From: Aquificaceae bacterium
Lineage (GTDB): Bacteria > Aquificota > Aquificia > Aquificales > Aquificaceae
Direction of reading: 5' to 3'
Assembly: GCA_015490115.1 (NCBI GenBank)
Contig: WFYM01000015.1
Location: 1-52,207 of the forward strand
DNA length: 52,207 nucleotides
Part shown: positions 29,110-37,445 of the stretch, piece by piece
How positions within the stretch are numbered: position 1 is the first letter of the stretch
Layout of the letters: each line of letters begins with the position of its first letter
The notes under the pieces: generated by a model
Told to the model about the DNA's origin: nothing
What the model saw: only the letters and a program-made list of their open reading frames with translations
Databases searched by the model: none
Position numbers and translations under genes: made by a program

Positions 29110-29533
29110 ACCTCAGCTCCTTTACCTTCACCCTTTCCCCCTCCACCTTCGCCCTTATGCCTATGAGCAGCATAGCTTTCTCTCCCTTTACTTCCACCTC
29201 CAGCTTCAAGAGGTCTCCGTTCCTCTCGAGCCTCTCCGAGAGGCTGAAAGTCTCACCGAGGGCTTCTTTGTTCCTCTCACAAATCCTCTTTATACCCTCC
29301 TCCCCTCCTATCCTCTTCAGAAGGTCGGGTTCGATAAGCTTCGAGACTTCGGTCGACTCTTTGCAGTCCACAGCCCCCATCAGGACGAGGTAGACCCTCC
29401 TTAAGGTTTCGAGGACCTCACCCCTTTCCTCCCCTCTTATGTGGATGAGGTAAGCTACGAAGGCGGGATAAAGAACCGCAAGGAGGACGAAGAGACCGAC
29501 AACAATATCTTCGAGCCTCGGTCCTTTCCTCAC
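29093..29533 (-). CDS. Hypothetical protein with N-terminal TM anchor
   Basis: Single TM followed by a soluble domain with two Cys. GTG 29533 overlaps the corA stop (GTGA). Confidence 0.7.
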   Translation of the reverse strand: MRKGPRLEDIVVGLFVLLAVLYPAFVAYLIHIRGEERGEVLETLRRVYLVLMGAVDCKESTEVSKLIEPDLLKRIGGEEGIKRICERNKEALGETFSLSERLERNGDLLKLEVEVKGEKAMLLIGIRAKVEGERVKVKELRYVQRG

Positions 29534-30471
29534 AGCCACCCCTTCCTCCTTACCCAAAAGAGGAGGGAAAGGGTAACTACCACCATAAGGACGAGGGAGT
29601 AAGGGTATCCGTATTTCCAGCTGAGTTCCGGCATGAACTCGAAGTTCATACCGAATATGCTCGCTATCAACGTTGCCGGCAGGAATATGGTAGCTATCAC
29701 GGTAAATACCTTTACAGCCTCGTTCTGCCTTATGGTTATGAGACCGAGAAGCGAGTTCTGTATGCTGTCGATCTTCTCCATGTAGAAGGAAGTGTAGTCG
29801 AGGAGAGTGGAGAGGTCGTCCATCAAAACTTTCAGTTCCCTTTTTGTCTGGGCGTTTATGAGGGGGCTTTTGACGAAGTGGGAGAGGATCCTCACCTTCT
29901 CGTTTATGGACTCCCTCAAGGTTATGTTCAGCTCGTCGTAGTAAGCTATGTCCTTTATCATCTCCTCGGACTGCTCCACGAATATCTGCTTCCAGATGCT
30001 CCTTATCCTCTTTCCGAGTATCTCGAGCCTGTCCCCTATCCTGTCCACCTCTATGCTCAGTATCTCGCTAAAGAGGGACTCCGCGAACTGGACGTAGGTC
30101 CTGTTGGCTTTGAGCCTCCCGAGGAAGATCATTATAGCGGGTATGTCCCTGTATCTTAAGGTCACGAAGAACCTCTCCCTTATGAAGAAGAAGACAGGTT
30201 CTACCGCTATCCCCTCCTTCTGGTGTATCACGAAGGACATGTTTATGCTTATCGAGTCCCCCTCCTCCATGTATTTGGAGCTTATCTCTATGTCCCCCAT
30301 CACCTCCCTCGAGGGCATCTCAAAACCCACCTTCTCTTTTAGCCACTCTATCTCGCTCTCGGTGGGATCGATGACGTCTATCCATAAGACTCCGGCTTTT
30401 GTGAGCTTCTCAAAATCCTCCTTTCCCTTCTCCTCCACCTTTCCTCCGGAGAGGGCGTAGATCCTTATCAC
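29530..30471 (-). CDS. corA: Magnesium/cobalt transporter CorA
   Basis: LWIDVIDPT and IFLPATLIASIFGMNFEFMPEL.W.YGY (GMN motif). Confidence 0.96.
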   Translation of the reverse strand: MIRIYALSGGKVEEKGKEDFEKLTKAGVLWIDVIDPTESEIEWLKEKVGFEMPSREVMGDIEISSKYMEEGDSISINMSFVIHQKEGIAVEPVFFFIRERFFVTLRYRDIPAIMIFLGRLKANRTYVQFAESLFSEILSIEVDRIGDRLEILGKRIRSIWKQIFVEQSEEMIKDIAYYDELNITLRESINEKVRILSHFVKSPLINAQTKRELKVLMDDLSTLLDYTSFYMEKIDSIQNSLLGLITIRQNEAVKVFTVIATIFLPATLIASIFGMNFEFMPELSWKYGYPYSLVLMVVVTLSLLFWVRRKGWL

Positions 30472-30488
30472 AACTTAGATTTTAACAC

Positions 30489-31463
30489 TCACCTCGCACG
30501 TCTGAGGCGGTTGACGTTCCTGAGGTGTTCGGAATAGGTCCTGCTAAAGAGATGCTTCCTTCTCTTCGGGTCTATAACGAAGTAGAGGTAGTCCACGTCC
30601 GCTGGGTATAAGGCAGCTCTTAGAGAACTCAGTCCCGGGTTGCATATGGGTGTGGGGGGAAGACCGAAGTAAACGTAGGTGTTGTATGGGTCGTCTATCT
30701 GCATGTCTTCTTTGGTGAGCTTTCCCTTCCAGAGTCCCCTCCTCTTTAAGGCGTATATGACGGTCGGGTCTATCTGGAGCTTCATCCTCCTCTTTAGCCT
30801 GTTGTATATGACCGCTGCGATGAGGGGTCTCTCCTCCTCCCAAAAGGTCTCCTTCTCTATCATTGAAGCTATGGTGACCCACTTCTCGAGGGTTAAGTTC
30901 TTCTTTTCGAGTTCCTTCCTCAGCTCCTTCGTCCTCTCCATGAAGTTCCTGAACATGGTGTCTATTACCCTCAAGGGGTGGGTGTTCTTTGAGAAGAAGT
31001 AAGTATCGGGAAAGAGGAAGCCCTCCATCGTTGAGGTTTCGAGACCGTATCTCTTTGCCACCTCCTCGGAGAGGGCGTATCTCAGGAAGTCCTCCTTCCT
31101 GCAGATGCCTTTGGCGTGGAGTATCTCAGCTATGTCGTATACGTCGCTCCCTTCGGGTATCAAAACCCTGTGGATCTTGTGGATACCCTTCGATATCTTC
31201 TCGTAGACCTCAAAAGGTGTGACGTAGCCGTCGAACTCGTACTCTCCCGCTTCGAGCTTTTCTTTCCTAAGGGCGTGTATAAGAAGGAAGGAGAGCCTGC
31301 TCCTTATTATCCCCTCTTCCTTTAGTATGTTCACTATCTCGATCGTTGGCGTCCCGTAAGCGATCTCTACAGTTTCTTCTTCCACGTAAACGGGAAGGAA
31401 TATGTAGACTATGTAGGCTACGAGTGCGGTGAGGGGAACTGTGAAGAGGAGCCTCCTTCTCAT
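30489..31463 (-). CDS. mltG: Endolytic transglycosylase MltG
   Basis: [30 protein letters not shown] and PYNTY...[11 protein letters not shown]. Start ATG 31463 (ATGA overlap). Confidence 0.95.
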   Translation of the reverse strand: MRRRLLFTVPLTALVAYIVYIFLPVYVEEETVEIAYGTPTIEIVNILKEEGIIRSRLSFLLIHALRKEKLEAGEYEFDGYVTPFEVYEKISKGIHKIHRVLIPEGSDVYDIAEILHAKGICRKEDFLRYALSEEVAKRYGLETSTMEGFLFPDTYFFSKNTHPLRVIDTMFRNFMERTKELRKELEKKNLTLEKWVTIASMIEKETFWEEERPLIAAVIYNRLKRRMKLQIDPTVIYALKRRGLWKGKLTKEDMQIDDPYNTYVYFGLPPTPICNPGLSSLRAALYPADVDYLYFVIDPKRRKHLFSRTYSEHLRNVNRLRRAR

Positions 31464-31858
31464 AGTGAATGAAGATACTCCTCGAGGATCACGAGTGCAG
31501 CGAACTCGTCCTTTAGTTCCTTTTTCTTCTTTAAGGGAAGGTCGGAGAGCCTCCTCATGGCTTCTTCTGTAGTATACCTCTCGTCCCAAAGGAGTATCTT
31601 GACACCGCTCATGTGTTGGCTGAGCTTCCTTACGAACTCCCTCACCTCCTTAGCCCTTCTCCCCTCCTTCCCGGAAGGTGTGAGCGGAAGACCGACTATA
31701 AGAAGGTCAACTTTGCTACTCTTTACCAGCTCAGCTATCTTCTCGAAGACCCTCCCGTCGTTTTTGAGCCTGCCTTTCGGGACAGCTATCTTGAGTTTCG
31801 TGTCACCTACCGCGAGACCTATGAACTTGGTCCCGTAGTCTAAGCTGAGGACCTTCAA
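31460..31858 (-). CDS. ruvX: YqgF/RuvX pre-16S rRNA nuclease
   Basis: [26 protein letters not shown] and D..AA..ILE.YL. Confidence 0.93.
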   Translation of the reverse strand: MKVLSLDYGTKFIGLAVGDTKLKIAVPKGRLKNDGRVFEKIAELVKSSKVDLLIVGLPLTPSGKEGRRAKEVREFVRKLSQHMSGVKILLWDERYTTEEAMRRLSDLPLKKKKELKDEFAALVILEEYLHSL

Positions 31859-32049
31859 GCTTCCTTAAGCGTCTTTATGCCAACTATCTTGTATACGGGA
31901 CAAAAGCCCACCACCGACGTCAGTATGAATATTATCCCGAGTATCCCGAGTATCCACCAAGCTCCCCCCTTCTGAAAGGCGAGGATCAGGAATATGACTC
32001 CGAGTATTATCCTTATCACCCTGTCCCAGACAGCCATGTTCTTCTCCAT
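31855..32049 (-). CDS. DUF2892/YgaP-family membrane protein
   Basis: MEKNM..WDR.IRIILG...GFCPVY..GIKT with GGAGG RBS. Confidence 0.88.
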   Translation of the reverse strand: MEKNMAVWDRVIRIILGVIFLILAFQKGGAWWILGILGIIFILTSVVGFCPVYKIVGIKTLKEA

Positions 32050-32075
32050 GGCTCATCCCTCCTCCTTATAGTTTA

Positions 32076-32167
32076 TGGCGGAAGGGGAGGGATTCGAACC
32101 CTCGGTGCCCCAAAAGGGGCACACGGCGTTTCCAGCGCCGCGCCTTCGACCGCTCGGCCACCCTTCC
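32076..32167 (-). tRNA. tRNA-Ser(GGA), CCA encoded
   Basis: Minus strand GGAAGGG-TGGCCGAGCGGTCGAAGGC-G-CGGCG CT GGA AA CGCCG, long variable arm GTGCCCCTTTTGGGGCAC, GAGGG TTCGAAT CCCTC, CCCTTCC-G-CCA. Confidence 0.97.
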
Positions 32168-32188
32168 TCCAAAGTTAAAATTATACCG

Positions 32189-33100
32189 ATGAAGGTCAGG
32201 ATAGGGACGAGAAAGAGCAAGCTCGCCCTATGGCAGGCGAGCTACGTAAAAGAGTTTTTGGAAAGGCGCTGGGGTATAGAGGCTGAACTCGTCAAGATAA
32301 CCACAACGGGGGACAAGATCTTAGACGCCCCGCTCGCCAAGATAGGAGGCAAGGGACTCTTCGTAAAGGAGATAGAGCAGGCTCTCCTGAGGGGAGACAT
32401 AGACCTTGCCGTCCACTCTCTAAAAGACGTCCCGATGGTTATACCCGAAGGACTCACCCTCGGAGCTATAACGAAGAGGGAGACACCCTACGACGTTCTG
32501 ATCTCAAGGAGCGGAAAGAAGCTCATGGAGCTTCCCCCCGGATCGAAGGTGGGGACCTCTTCTCTGAGGAGGCAGGTCCAGATAAAGAGGCTAAGGCGTG
32601 ACCTTAAGGTCGAGATCTTGAGGGGAAACGTGGACACGAGGATAAGAAAGCTCAGAGAAGGTCTCTACGACGCCATAATTCTAGCTTACGCAGGTGTGAA
32701 AAGGATGGGCTACGAGGGGGAGATAACGGAGGTCCTCACCCATTTCATACCCGCTGTGGGTCAGGGGAGCCTCGCCGTAGAGATCAGGGAGGGGGACGAG
32801 AGGATAAGGAGGCTCGTGGAACCTTTAAACCACAAGGAGAGCTATGTGAGCGCCCTCTGCGAGAGGGCTTTCCTCAGGAAGCTCGCGGGTGGCTGTCAGG
32901 TCCCCGTGGGAGCTTTTGCGGAGGTAAAAGACGGGATCGTGAAAATACGCGGATTCATCTCGGACATTGAGGGAACTAAATTTATTGAAGGTGAGGAGAA
33001 GGGAAGTATTGAGGAGGCGGAAAGAGTGGGGGAGAGGCTCGCAGAAGATCTGCTCGGGAGGGGAGGGAAGGAGATACTCGAAGAGATCTACGGAGGTTGA
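32189..33100 (+). CDS. hemC: Hydroxymethylbilane synthase (porphobilinogen deaminase)
   Basis: [44 protein letters not shown] and GGCQVP. Start ATG 32189. Confidence 0.97.
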   Translation: MKVRIGTRKSKLALWQASYVKEFLERRWGIEAELVKITTTGDKILDAPLAKIGGKGLFVKEIEQALLRGDIDLAVHSLKDVPMVIPEGLTLGAITKRETPYDVLISRSGKKLMELPPGSKVGTSSLRRQVQIKRLRRDLKVEILRGNVDTRIRKLREGLYDAIILAYAGVKRMGYEGEITEVLTHFIPAVGQGSLAVEIREGDERIRRLVEPLNHKESYVSALCERAFLRKLAGGCQVPVGAFAEVKDGIVKIRGFISDIEGTKFIEGEEKGSIEEAERVGERLAEDLLGRGGKEILEEIYGG

Positions 33101-33103
33101 GCC

Positions 33104-34771
33104 ATGGAACCCGTCGGTATAGTTCTCGGAACAAAGCCCTCCAACCCACTCGAGTTCTGGGTGGGTATAAACAGGGGGAGCTTTCTCCAGCTCGACGACG
33201 TTGTGATGGTAAGGTCGAAAGTAGAAGGAACCGAAGAGGAGGTGAGGTTCTACGGTGTGGTCCACGAGGTCCAGAAGTTCCTCGAAGGTGTAGAACTCGT
33301 CTACGACGCCCAGCTCGTCAACAGCGGTATAGTCCCAGCCAACATAGCCTACATGGCTAAGGTGACAGTAACGAGGATAGAACCCGAAGTATTCGTCCCT
33401 CCGACGCCGGGGGACCCGGCTTACAGGGCTGAAGGGAGGGATCTCGAAAAAGCCCTCTACTACGACACCATGAGGAACAAGATACCTGCTGGACTTTCGA
33501 GGAACGGAGAGGTAGTCTACCTCAACTACGACTTCATAAACGGGAGGGAGGGCGCCCACGTCTCCATTTCCGGTATGTCCGGGGTGGCGACGAAGACCTC
33601 TTACGCCCTCTTTCTCCTCTACTCCATATTCCAAAAAGCTGAGGACAGGAACAACGTCCACGGTCTCATATTCAACGTAAAGGGGAAGGACCTCCTCTGG
33701 ATAGACAGGAAGAACAAAAGGTTCACGAAGGAACACGAGAGGGCGTTTCTAAGGATGGGTCTCGATCCTAAACCTTTCAGGAACGTGGGCTTCTTCGCAC
33801 CCCCCGAAAAGCCCGGAAGCCCGATACCCGCGGTGGGAGATCCCGAGCTTACCTCTAAGGTTTCACCGTTTTGCTGGAGTATGAAGGAGTTCGCTCAGGA
33901 GGGGCTTTTGAGGTTCCTCTTCGCTGAAGGGGACGAGGGGACCTCCTCCCTCCACTACGTCATAGACAGGGTAACCGAGAGGCTCCACCAGCTCGCCAAA
34001 GAGAGTCCCGGTGACATCCTGATGGACGAGACGGGTAGGGAAATAGAGAGCTTGAGGGACCTCGTGAAGCTCTTTCAGGAGATCATAGAGGACAGGGAGA
34101 GCAAGAGAGATCCTGAGAGATACAGGGAGTGGTTCGGAACGGCTGCGACAGCGACAGCCTATGCCTTCTTGAGGAGGTTCCACCACGCAGCCACCCACTG
34201 CCAGAACCTGATCTACGGGAACGTTTCGAGACCTATAAACTGGAGGGACAGCCAGCTCACCGTAATAGACATCTCCGACCTCCACGGTATAGCCAAGATG
34301 TTCGTCGTAGGTTCAATCCTAAAGAGGATATTCAAGGAAAAAGAGGAGAGCGGCAACCCTTACCCTAAAATCTTCGTCATTCTTGACGAACTAAATAAAT
34401 ACGCTCCGAAGGACAGGTGGAGTCCTATTAAGGACATTTTGCTCGACATAGCGGAGAGGGGAAGGAGCTTGGGTGTGATACTGATAGGCGCACAGCAGAC
34501 GGCGAGCGAGGTGGAAAAAAGGATAGTGGCAAACGCAGCGGTAAAAGTGACCGGAAGGCTCGACAGCTCGGAGGTCCTCAGTAAAGAGTATGAGTTTTTA
34601 ACTGGAAACTTCAAGCAGAGGGCGATAATGCTGAAGAAAGGCTCCATGATCCTCTACCAGCCCGACATACCGAACCCCGTGATGATAACCTTCCCCCTGG
34701 GTCCTTGGGCTACGAAGAGGGAGGAGGCGACGGAGGAGGTTTATGTCCCCGAGGAGTTTGATCAGTTTTAG
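33104..34771 (+). CDS. herA: HerA-like (DUF87) ATPase/helicase with N-terminal HAS barrel
   Basis: Variant Walker A ISGMSGVATKTS, FNVKG, Walker B ILDELNKYAP and ERGRSLGVILIGAQQ. Confidence 0.85.
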   Translation: MEPVGIVLGTKPSNPLEFWVGINRGSFLQLDDVVMVRSKVEGTEEEVRFYGVVHEVQKFLEGVELVYDAQLVNSGIVPANIAYMAKVTVTRIEPEVFVPPTPGDPAYRAEGRDLEKALYYDTMRNKIPAGLSRNGEVVYLNYDFINGREGAHVSISGMSGVATKTSYALFLLYSIFQKAEDRNNVHGLIFNVKGKDLLWIDRKNKRFTKEHERAFLRMGLDPKPFRNVGFFAPPEKPGSPIPAVGDPELTSKVSPFCWSMKEFAQEGLLRFLFAEGDEGTSSLHYVIDRVTERLHQLAKESPGDILMDETGREIESLRDLVKLFQEIIEDRESKRDPERYREWFGTAATATAYAFLRRFHHAATHCQNLIYGNVSRPINWRDSQLTVIDISDLHGIAKMFVVGSILKRIFKEKEESGNPYPKIFVILDELNKYAPKDRWSPIKDILLDIAERGRSLGVILIGAQQTASEVEKRIVANAAVKVTGRLDSSEVLSKEYEFLTGNFKQRAIMLKKGSMILYQPDIPNPVMITFPLGPWATKREEATEEVYVPEEFDQF

Positions 34772-35927
34772 CCTTCTACTCCTGCTGATCACCTTCTCCT
34801 TCTCGAAGGTCCTCGGCTCCAAATACGGCATATACCAAGACAAGGTGAGGATAGTCTTTCAGCTCTCCCAAAAGAGGGACTTTAGGGTCTTTACCCTCGA
34901 AAACCCGAAGAGGATAGTAGTGGACATATTCGGAGAAAAAAGTGTAGGGAAGCTATCCCTTCCCGTTGACATCCGCCACAGGGTGGGGAGGCACCCTTGG
35001 GGCGTGAGGATAGTTCTCCTTTACGATGCTGACTTCTCCGTCAAATACTTCTCCCTCGATAACCCTTACAGGATAGTCCTCGACATATACAGGGAGGAGA
35101 ACGAGATATATCTGGACCTCGTGAGGATACTCGGAGAAGAGCCGAAGAAGGAAGAAGACCAGATAGCGAAGCTAATAAGGGACTTAAGATCCAGACCCAT
35201 TACCGAAGAAAAGAGGGTCATAGTTATAGATCCGGGTCACGGAGGTAGGGACCCGGGAGCTATAGGTTACGGGGGTCTGAAGGAAAAGAACGTCAATCTG
35301 GCTATAGCTAAGAAGGTAGCTTGGTATCTCAGGAGGGACGGGAGGTTCAGGGTAATACTCACCAGAAAGGGGGACAGGTTCGTTCCCTTGCACAGGAGGG
35401 CTTTGAAGGCTCTCAAGAACAGGGCTGACCTCCTCATCAGCATCCACGCGGACGCGGACCCGAGGAAGAACCCGAGGGCTAAGGGGACGAGGATCTTCGC
35501 CCTCTCTTACAGCAGGGCTGTTGAGAAGAAGAGGCAGATAATGAGGAACAGAAATTATGCCAAGCTCGTCCTCGGAGACGCTGCTGACATAAGGTCCAAG
35601 GTCGTAAAGAAGGTCCTCGCTGACCTTGCCATAGACGTCACACTTTATGAGAGCGTCTACTTCGCTAGGATCTTAGCAAAGGAGCTAAAGAGCGTAGTCG
35701 GAAGGGAGGTATACTTCAAAGGCATAAACAGGGCTGGTTTTGCTGTCCTGAAGACCCCGGGTATACCTTCGGTCCTCATCGAGACAGGCTTCATAACTAA
35801 CCCCTCCGAAGCGAGGAAGCTGAGGGACCCCGAGTTCCAGAGGAGGTTCGCTTGGGCTATATACAGGGCTATCGTTAGATACTTCTACGGTAAAGACTTC
35901 GGTCGGAAGCTCGTAAAATATCAGTAA
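34743..35927 (+). CDS. N-acetylmuramoyl-L-alanine amidase (AMIN + Amidase_3)
   Basis: Signal peptide, AMIN-type LENPKRIVVD, VIDPGHGGRDPGA, EKNVNL, ISIHAD and VLIETGFITN. Confidence 0.93.
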   Translation: MSPRSLISFSLLLLLITFSFSKVLGSKYGIYQDKVRIVFQLSQKRDFRVFTLENPKRIVVDIFGEKSVGKLSLPVDIRHRVGRHPWGVRIVLLYDADFSVKYFSLDNPYRIVLDIYREENEIYLDLVRILGEEPKKEEDQIAKLIRDLRSRPITEEKRVIVIDPGHGGRDPGAIGYGGLKEKNVNLAIAKKVAWYLRRDGRFRVILTRKGDRFVPLHRRALKALKNRADLLISIHADADPRKNPRAKGTRIFALSYSRAVEKKRQIMRNRNYAKLVLGDAADIRSKVVKKVLADLAIDVTLYESVYFARILAKELKSVVGREVYFKGINRAGFAVLKTPGIPSVLIETGFITNPSEARKLRDPEFQRRFAWAIYRAIVRYFYGKDFGRKLVKYQ

Positions 35928-35946
35928 ACTTCTCAGGAGGGAAGGT

Positions 35947-36882
35947 ATGATCCTGCTCTTCGTTTTCTTGGTGGGTTTAGCCTTCGGAAAGCCGATCATA
36001 GAGAACTTCTCCGAGCTGAAGCGCTTTCCCTTCGTCACATACAAAAGGGTGTGGGTAGGAACCCCTGCGGAGTCGGAAGAGGTAGCGGTCCCGAACGTGG
36101 TGATAGCTTACGGGAGCAGGGAACCCGCTCAGGTTGTTGCGGTCGCCGGAGAGATAGCCTACTACTTAGGGCAGTGGACCGAAGACGTAGGCATAAACCC
36201 GAGGGAGGTCAGAAAGGGCAGGATACCCCGTGTTATCATGCCCCTCAAGAGAGCCTTAGAAATGAAAAAGCACATCATCCTCGTCGGGACGAGAAACTCG
36301 GTTGTAAGGGAACTCGGACTTACCTTCAGGGGACCTACCCTAAAGGTGGTCGACTATAAAGGAAGGAAGGTACTTATAGTCGGTGGGAGGAACTCGGGGG
36401 AAGTTGTAAGGGCTGGAAGGTTCTTAGCTACGAGGATAGTCGGCTTTAAAGCGGGTGCCTACAGAACTTTCTTTAGCTTCGTGAAGCTGAGGGGTTTGAT
36501 AGAAAAAGGGAACTACGAGGCAGCCCTCCAGCTCATCGAAGACCCTTCGGGACTCTCAGCCTGCGGTAAGAACATGTCCCTTGCAGCACCCATGGTGCTT
36601 AGGTTCCCCCCCGACGTGAAGAAGGTAGTCAGAAAGAGGAACAGGATAATGTACGTTGATATAGTCCGCGCCCTCAAAGAAGGAAACGGTGAGGAAGCGA
36701 AGAGGCTCTGGAGGGAGGCTATGAAGACCTGCTACATGTGCCATCAGGGTCTCGGGATAGAGAGACTGAGGAAGTTCATCCCGAACCCTGAGATCCACTC
36801 AAAGCACCAGAGGATAGCGAGGAGTTTCGGTCTCGACTGCACAGCATGCCACAGAGGATTAACGGAGATAAGGGGCTACTGA
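35947..36882 (+). CDS. Secreted protein: S-layer-like N-terminal domain plus diheme c-type cytochrome
   Basis: Signal peptide; two CxxCH motifs (CYMCH, CTACH); N-terminal VVIAYG...A.EIA.YL...HIILVG..NSVVREL...KVLIVGG pattern. Confidence 0.7.
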   Translation: MILLFVFLVGLAFGKPIIENFSELKRFPFVTYKRVWVGTPAESEEVAVPNVVIAYGSREPAQVVAVAGEIAYYLGQWTEDVGINPREVRKGRIPRVIMPLKRALEMKKHIILVGTRNSVVRELGLTFRGPTLKVVDYKGRKVLIVGGRNSGEVVRAGRFLATRIVGFKAGAYRTFFSFVKLRGLIEKGNYEAALQLIEDPSGLSACGKNMSLAAPMVLRFPPDVKKVVRKRNRIMYVDIVRALKEGNGEEAKRLWREAMKTCYMCHQGLGIERLRKFIPNPEIHSKHQRIARSFGLDCTACHRGLTEIRGY

Positions 36883-37373
36883 GGGTATTCCTCGTCGGTT
36901 TTATGTGTAGCGGGAAGACGACCGTCGGGAGGGTACTCTCCGAAAAGCTCGGGTGGGAGTTTGTAGACCTCGACGAGGAGATAGAAAAAAAAGAAGGCAT
37001 GACCATTCCGGAGATATTCGAGAAAAAAGGAGAGCCGTACTTCAGAAGGCTCGAACTTGAAACCCTGAAAGAGGTAGCTTCCAAGGAAAGGGTAGTCGTA
37101 GCTACGGGAGGGGGACTCGGAGCAAACCCTGAAGCTATGAAGCTCATGAAGGAAAAGGGTCTCGTCGTCTGGATAGAGGTGGATTTCGAAGAGTTTTTAA
37201 GAAGGTGCGGAGATGACCCTTCGAGACCCCTCCTCAAGATGGGAGAGGGGAAATTGAGGGAACTCCTCAAAAGGAGGGAAGCTGTCTACTCAAAAGCTCA
37301 CATCAGAGTAAAAGGCAAGGGGAACCCGGAAAGAATTGCGGAAGAGATCCTTTCTTCTCAGAGGACAGTTTAA
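36879..37373 (+). CDS. aroK: Shikimate kinase
   Basis: LVGFMCSGKTTVG, DLDEEIE, GEPYFRRLE, VATGGG and RPLL. Start is CTG 36879 or ATG 36846. Confidence 0.95.
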   Translation: MRVFLVGFMCSGKTTVGRVLSEKLGWEFVDLDEEIEKKEGMTIPEIFEKKGEPYFRRLELETLKEVASKERVVVATGGGLGANPEAMKLMKEKGLVVWIEVDFEEFLRRCGDDPSRPLLKMGEGKLRELLKRREAVYSKAHIRVKGKGNPERIAEEILSSQRTV

Positions 37374-37385
37374 AGGAGCCTCCAC

Positions 37386-37434
37386 CCGCCTTTTTAAGGA
37401 CACCCAAGACCCGGCAGGCGGCTTTAGGGTGTCC
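37386..37434. other. GC-rich hairpin/possible pseudoknot (terminator or structured RNA candidate)
   Basis: GGACACCC (37398-37405) pairs with GGGTGTCC (37427-37434). CCGCCT (37386-37391) is complementary to AGGCGG (37416-37421) inside the loop. Confidence 0.5.
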
Positions 37435-37445
37435 ATAATAATAAT

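Noticed and set aside
32050-32110. tRNA-Ser 3' end as an integration (att) site
   Set aside because: I saw no duplicate of the tRNA 3' end and no integrase; downstream genes are housekeeping.
32075-32188. N-terminal extension of hemC ([10 protein letters not shown]...)
   Set aside because: It is the reverse complement of tRNA-Ser, a classic artefact; the true start is ATG 32189.
33104-34771. HerA, QueC-like and Ski2-like genes as parts of anti-phage systems (Sir2-HerA, Qat, Hachiman)
   Set aside because: They are far apart, each embedded in housekeeping operons, and lack cognate partners (Sir2, QatA/B/D, HamA).
37374-37445. Assignment of the intergenic structure to twister, pistol or HDV ribozymes, preQ1 riboswitch, SRP or 6S RNA
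   Set aside because: Short word matches exist (CCCAAG.CCCGG, UUAAAAAG, GUGGAGG), but I could not build the required helices or catalytic cores by eye; kept only as an unassigned structured element.
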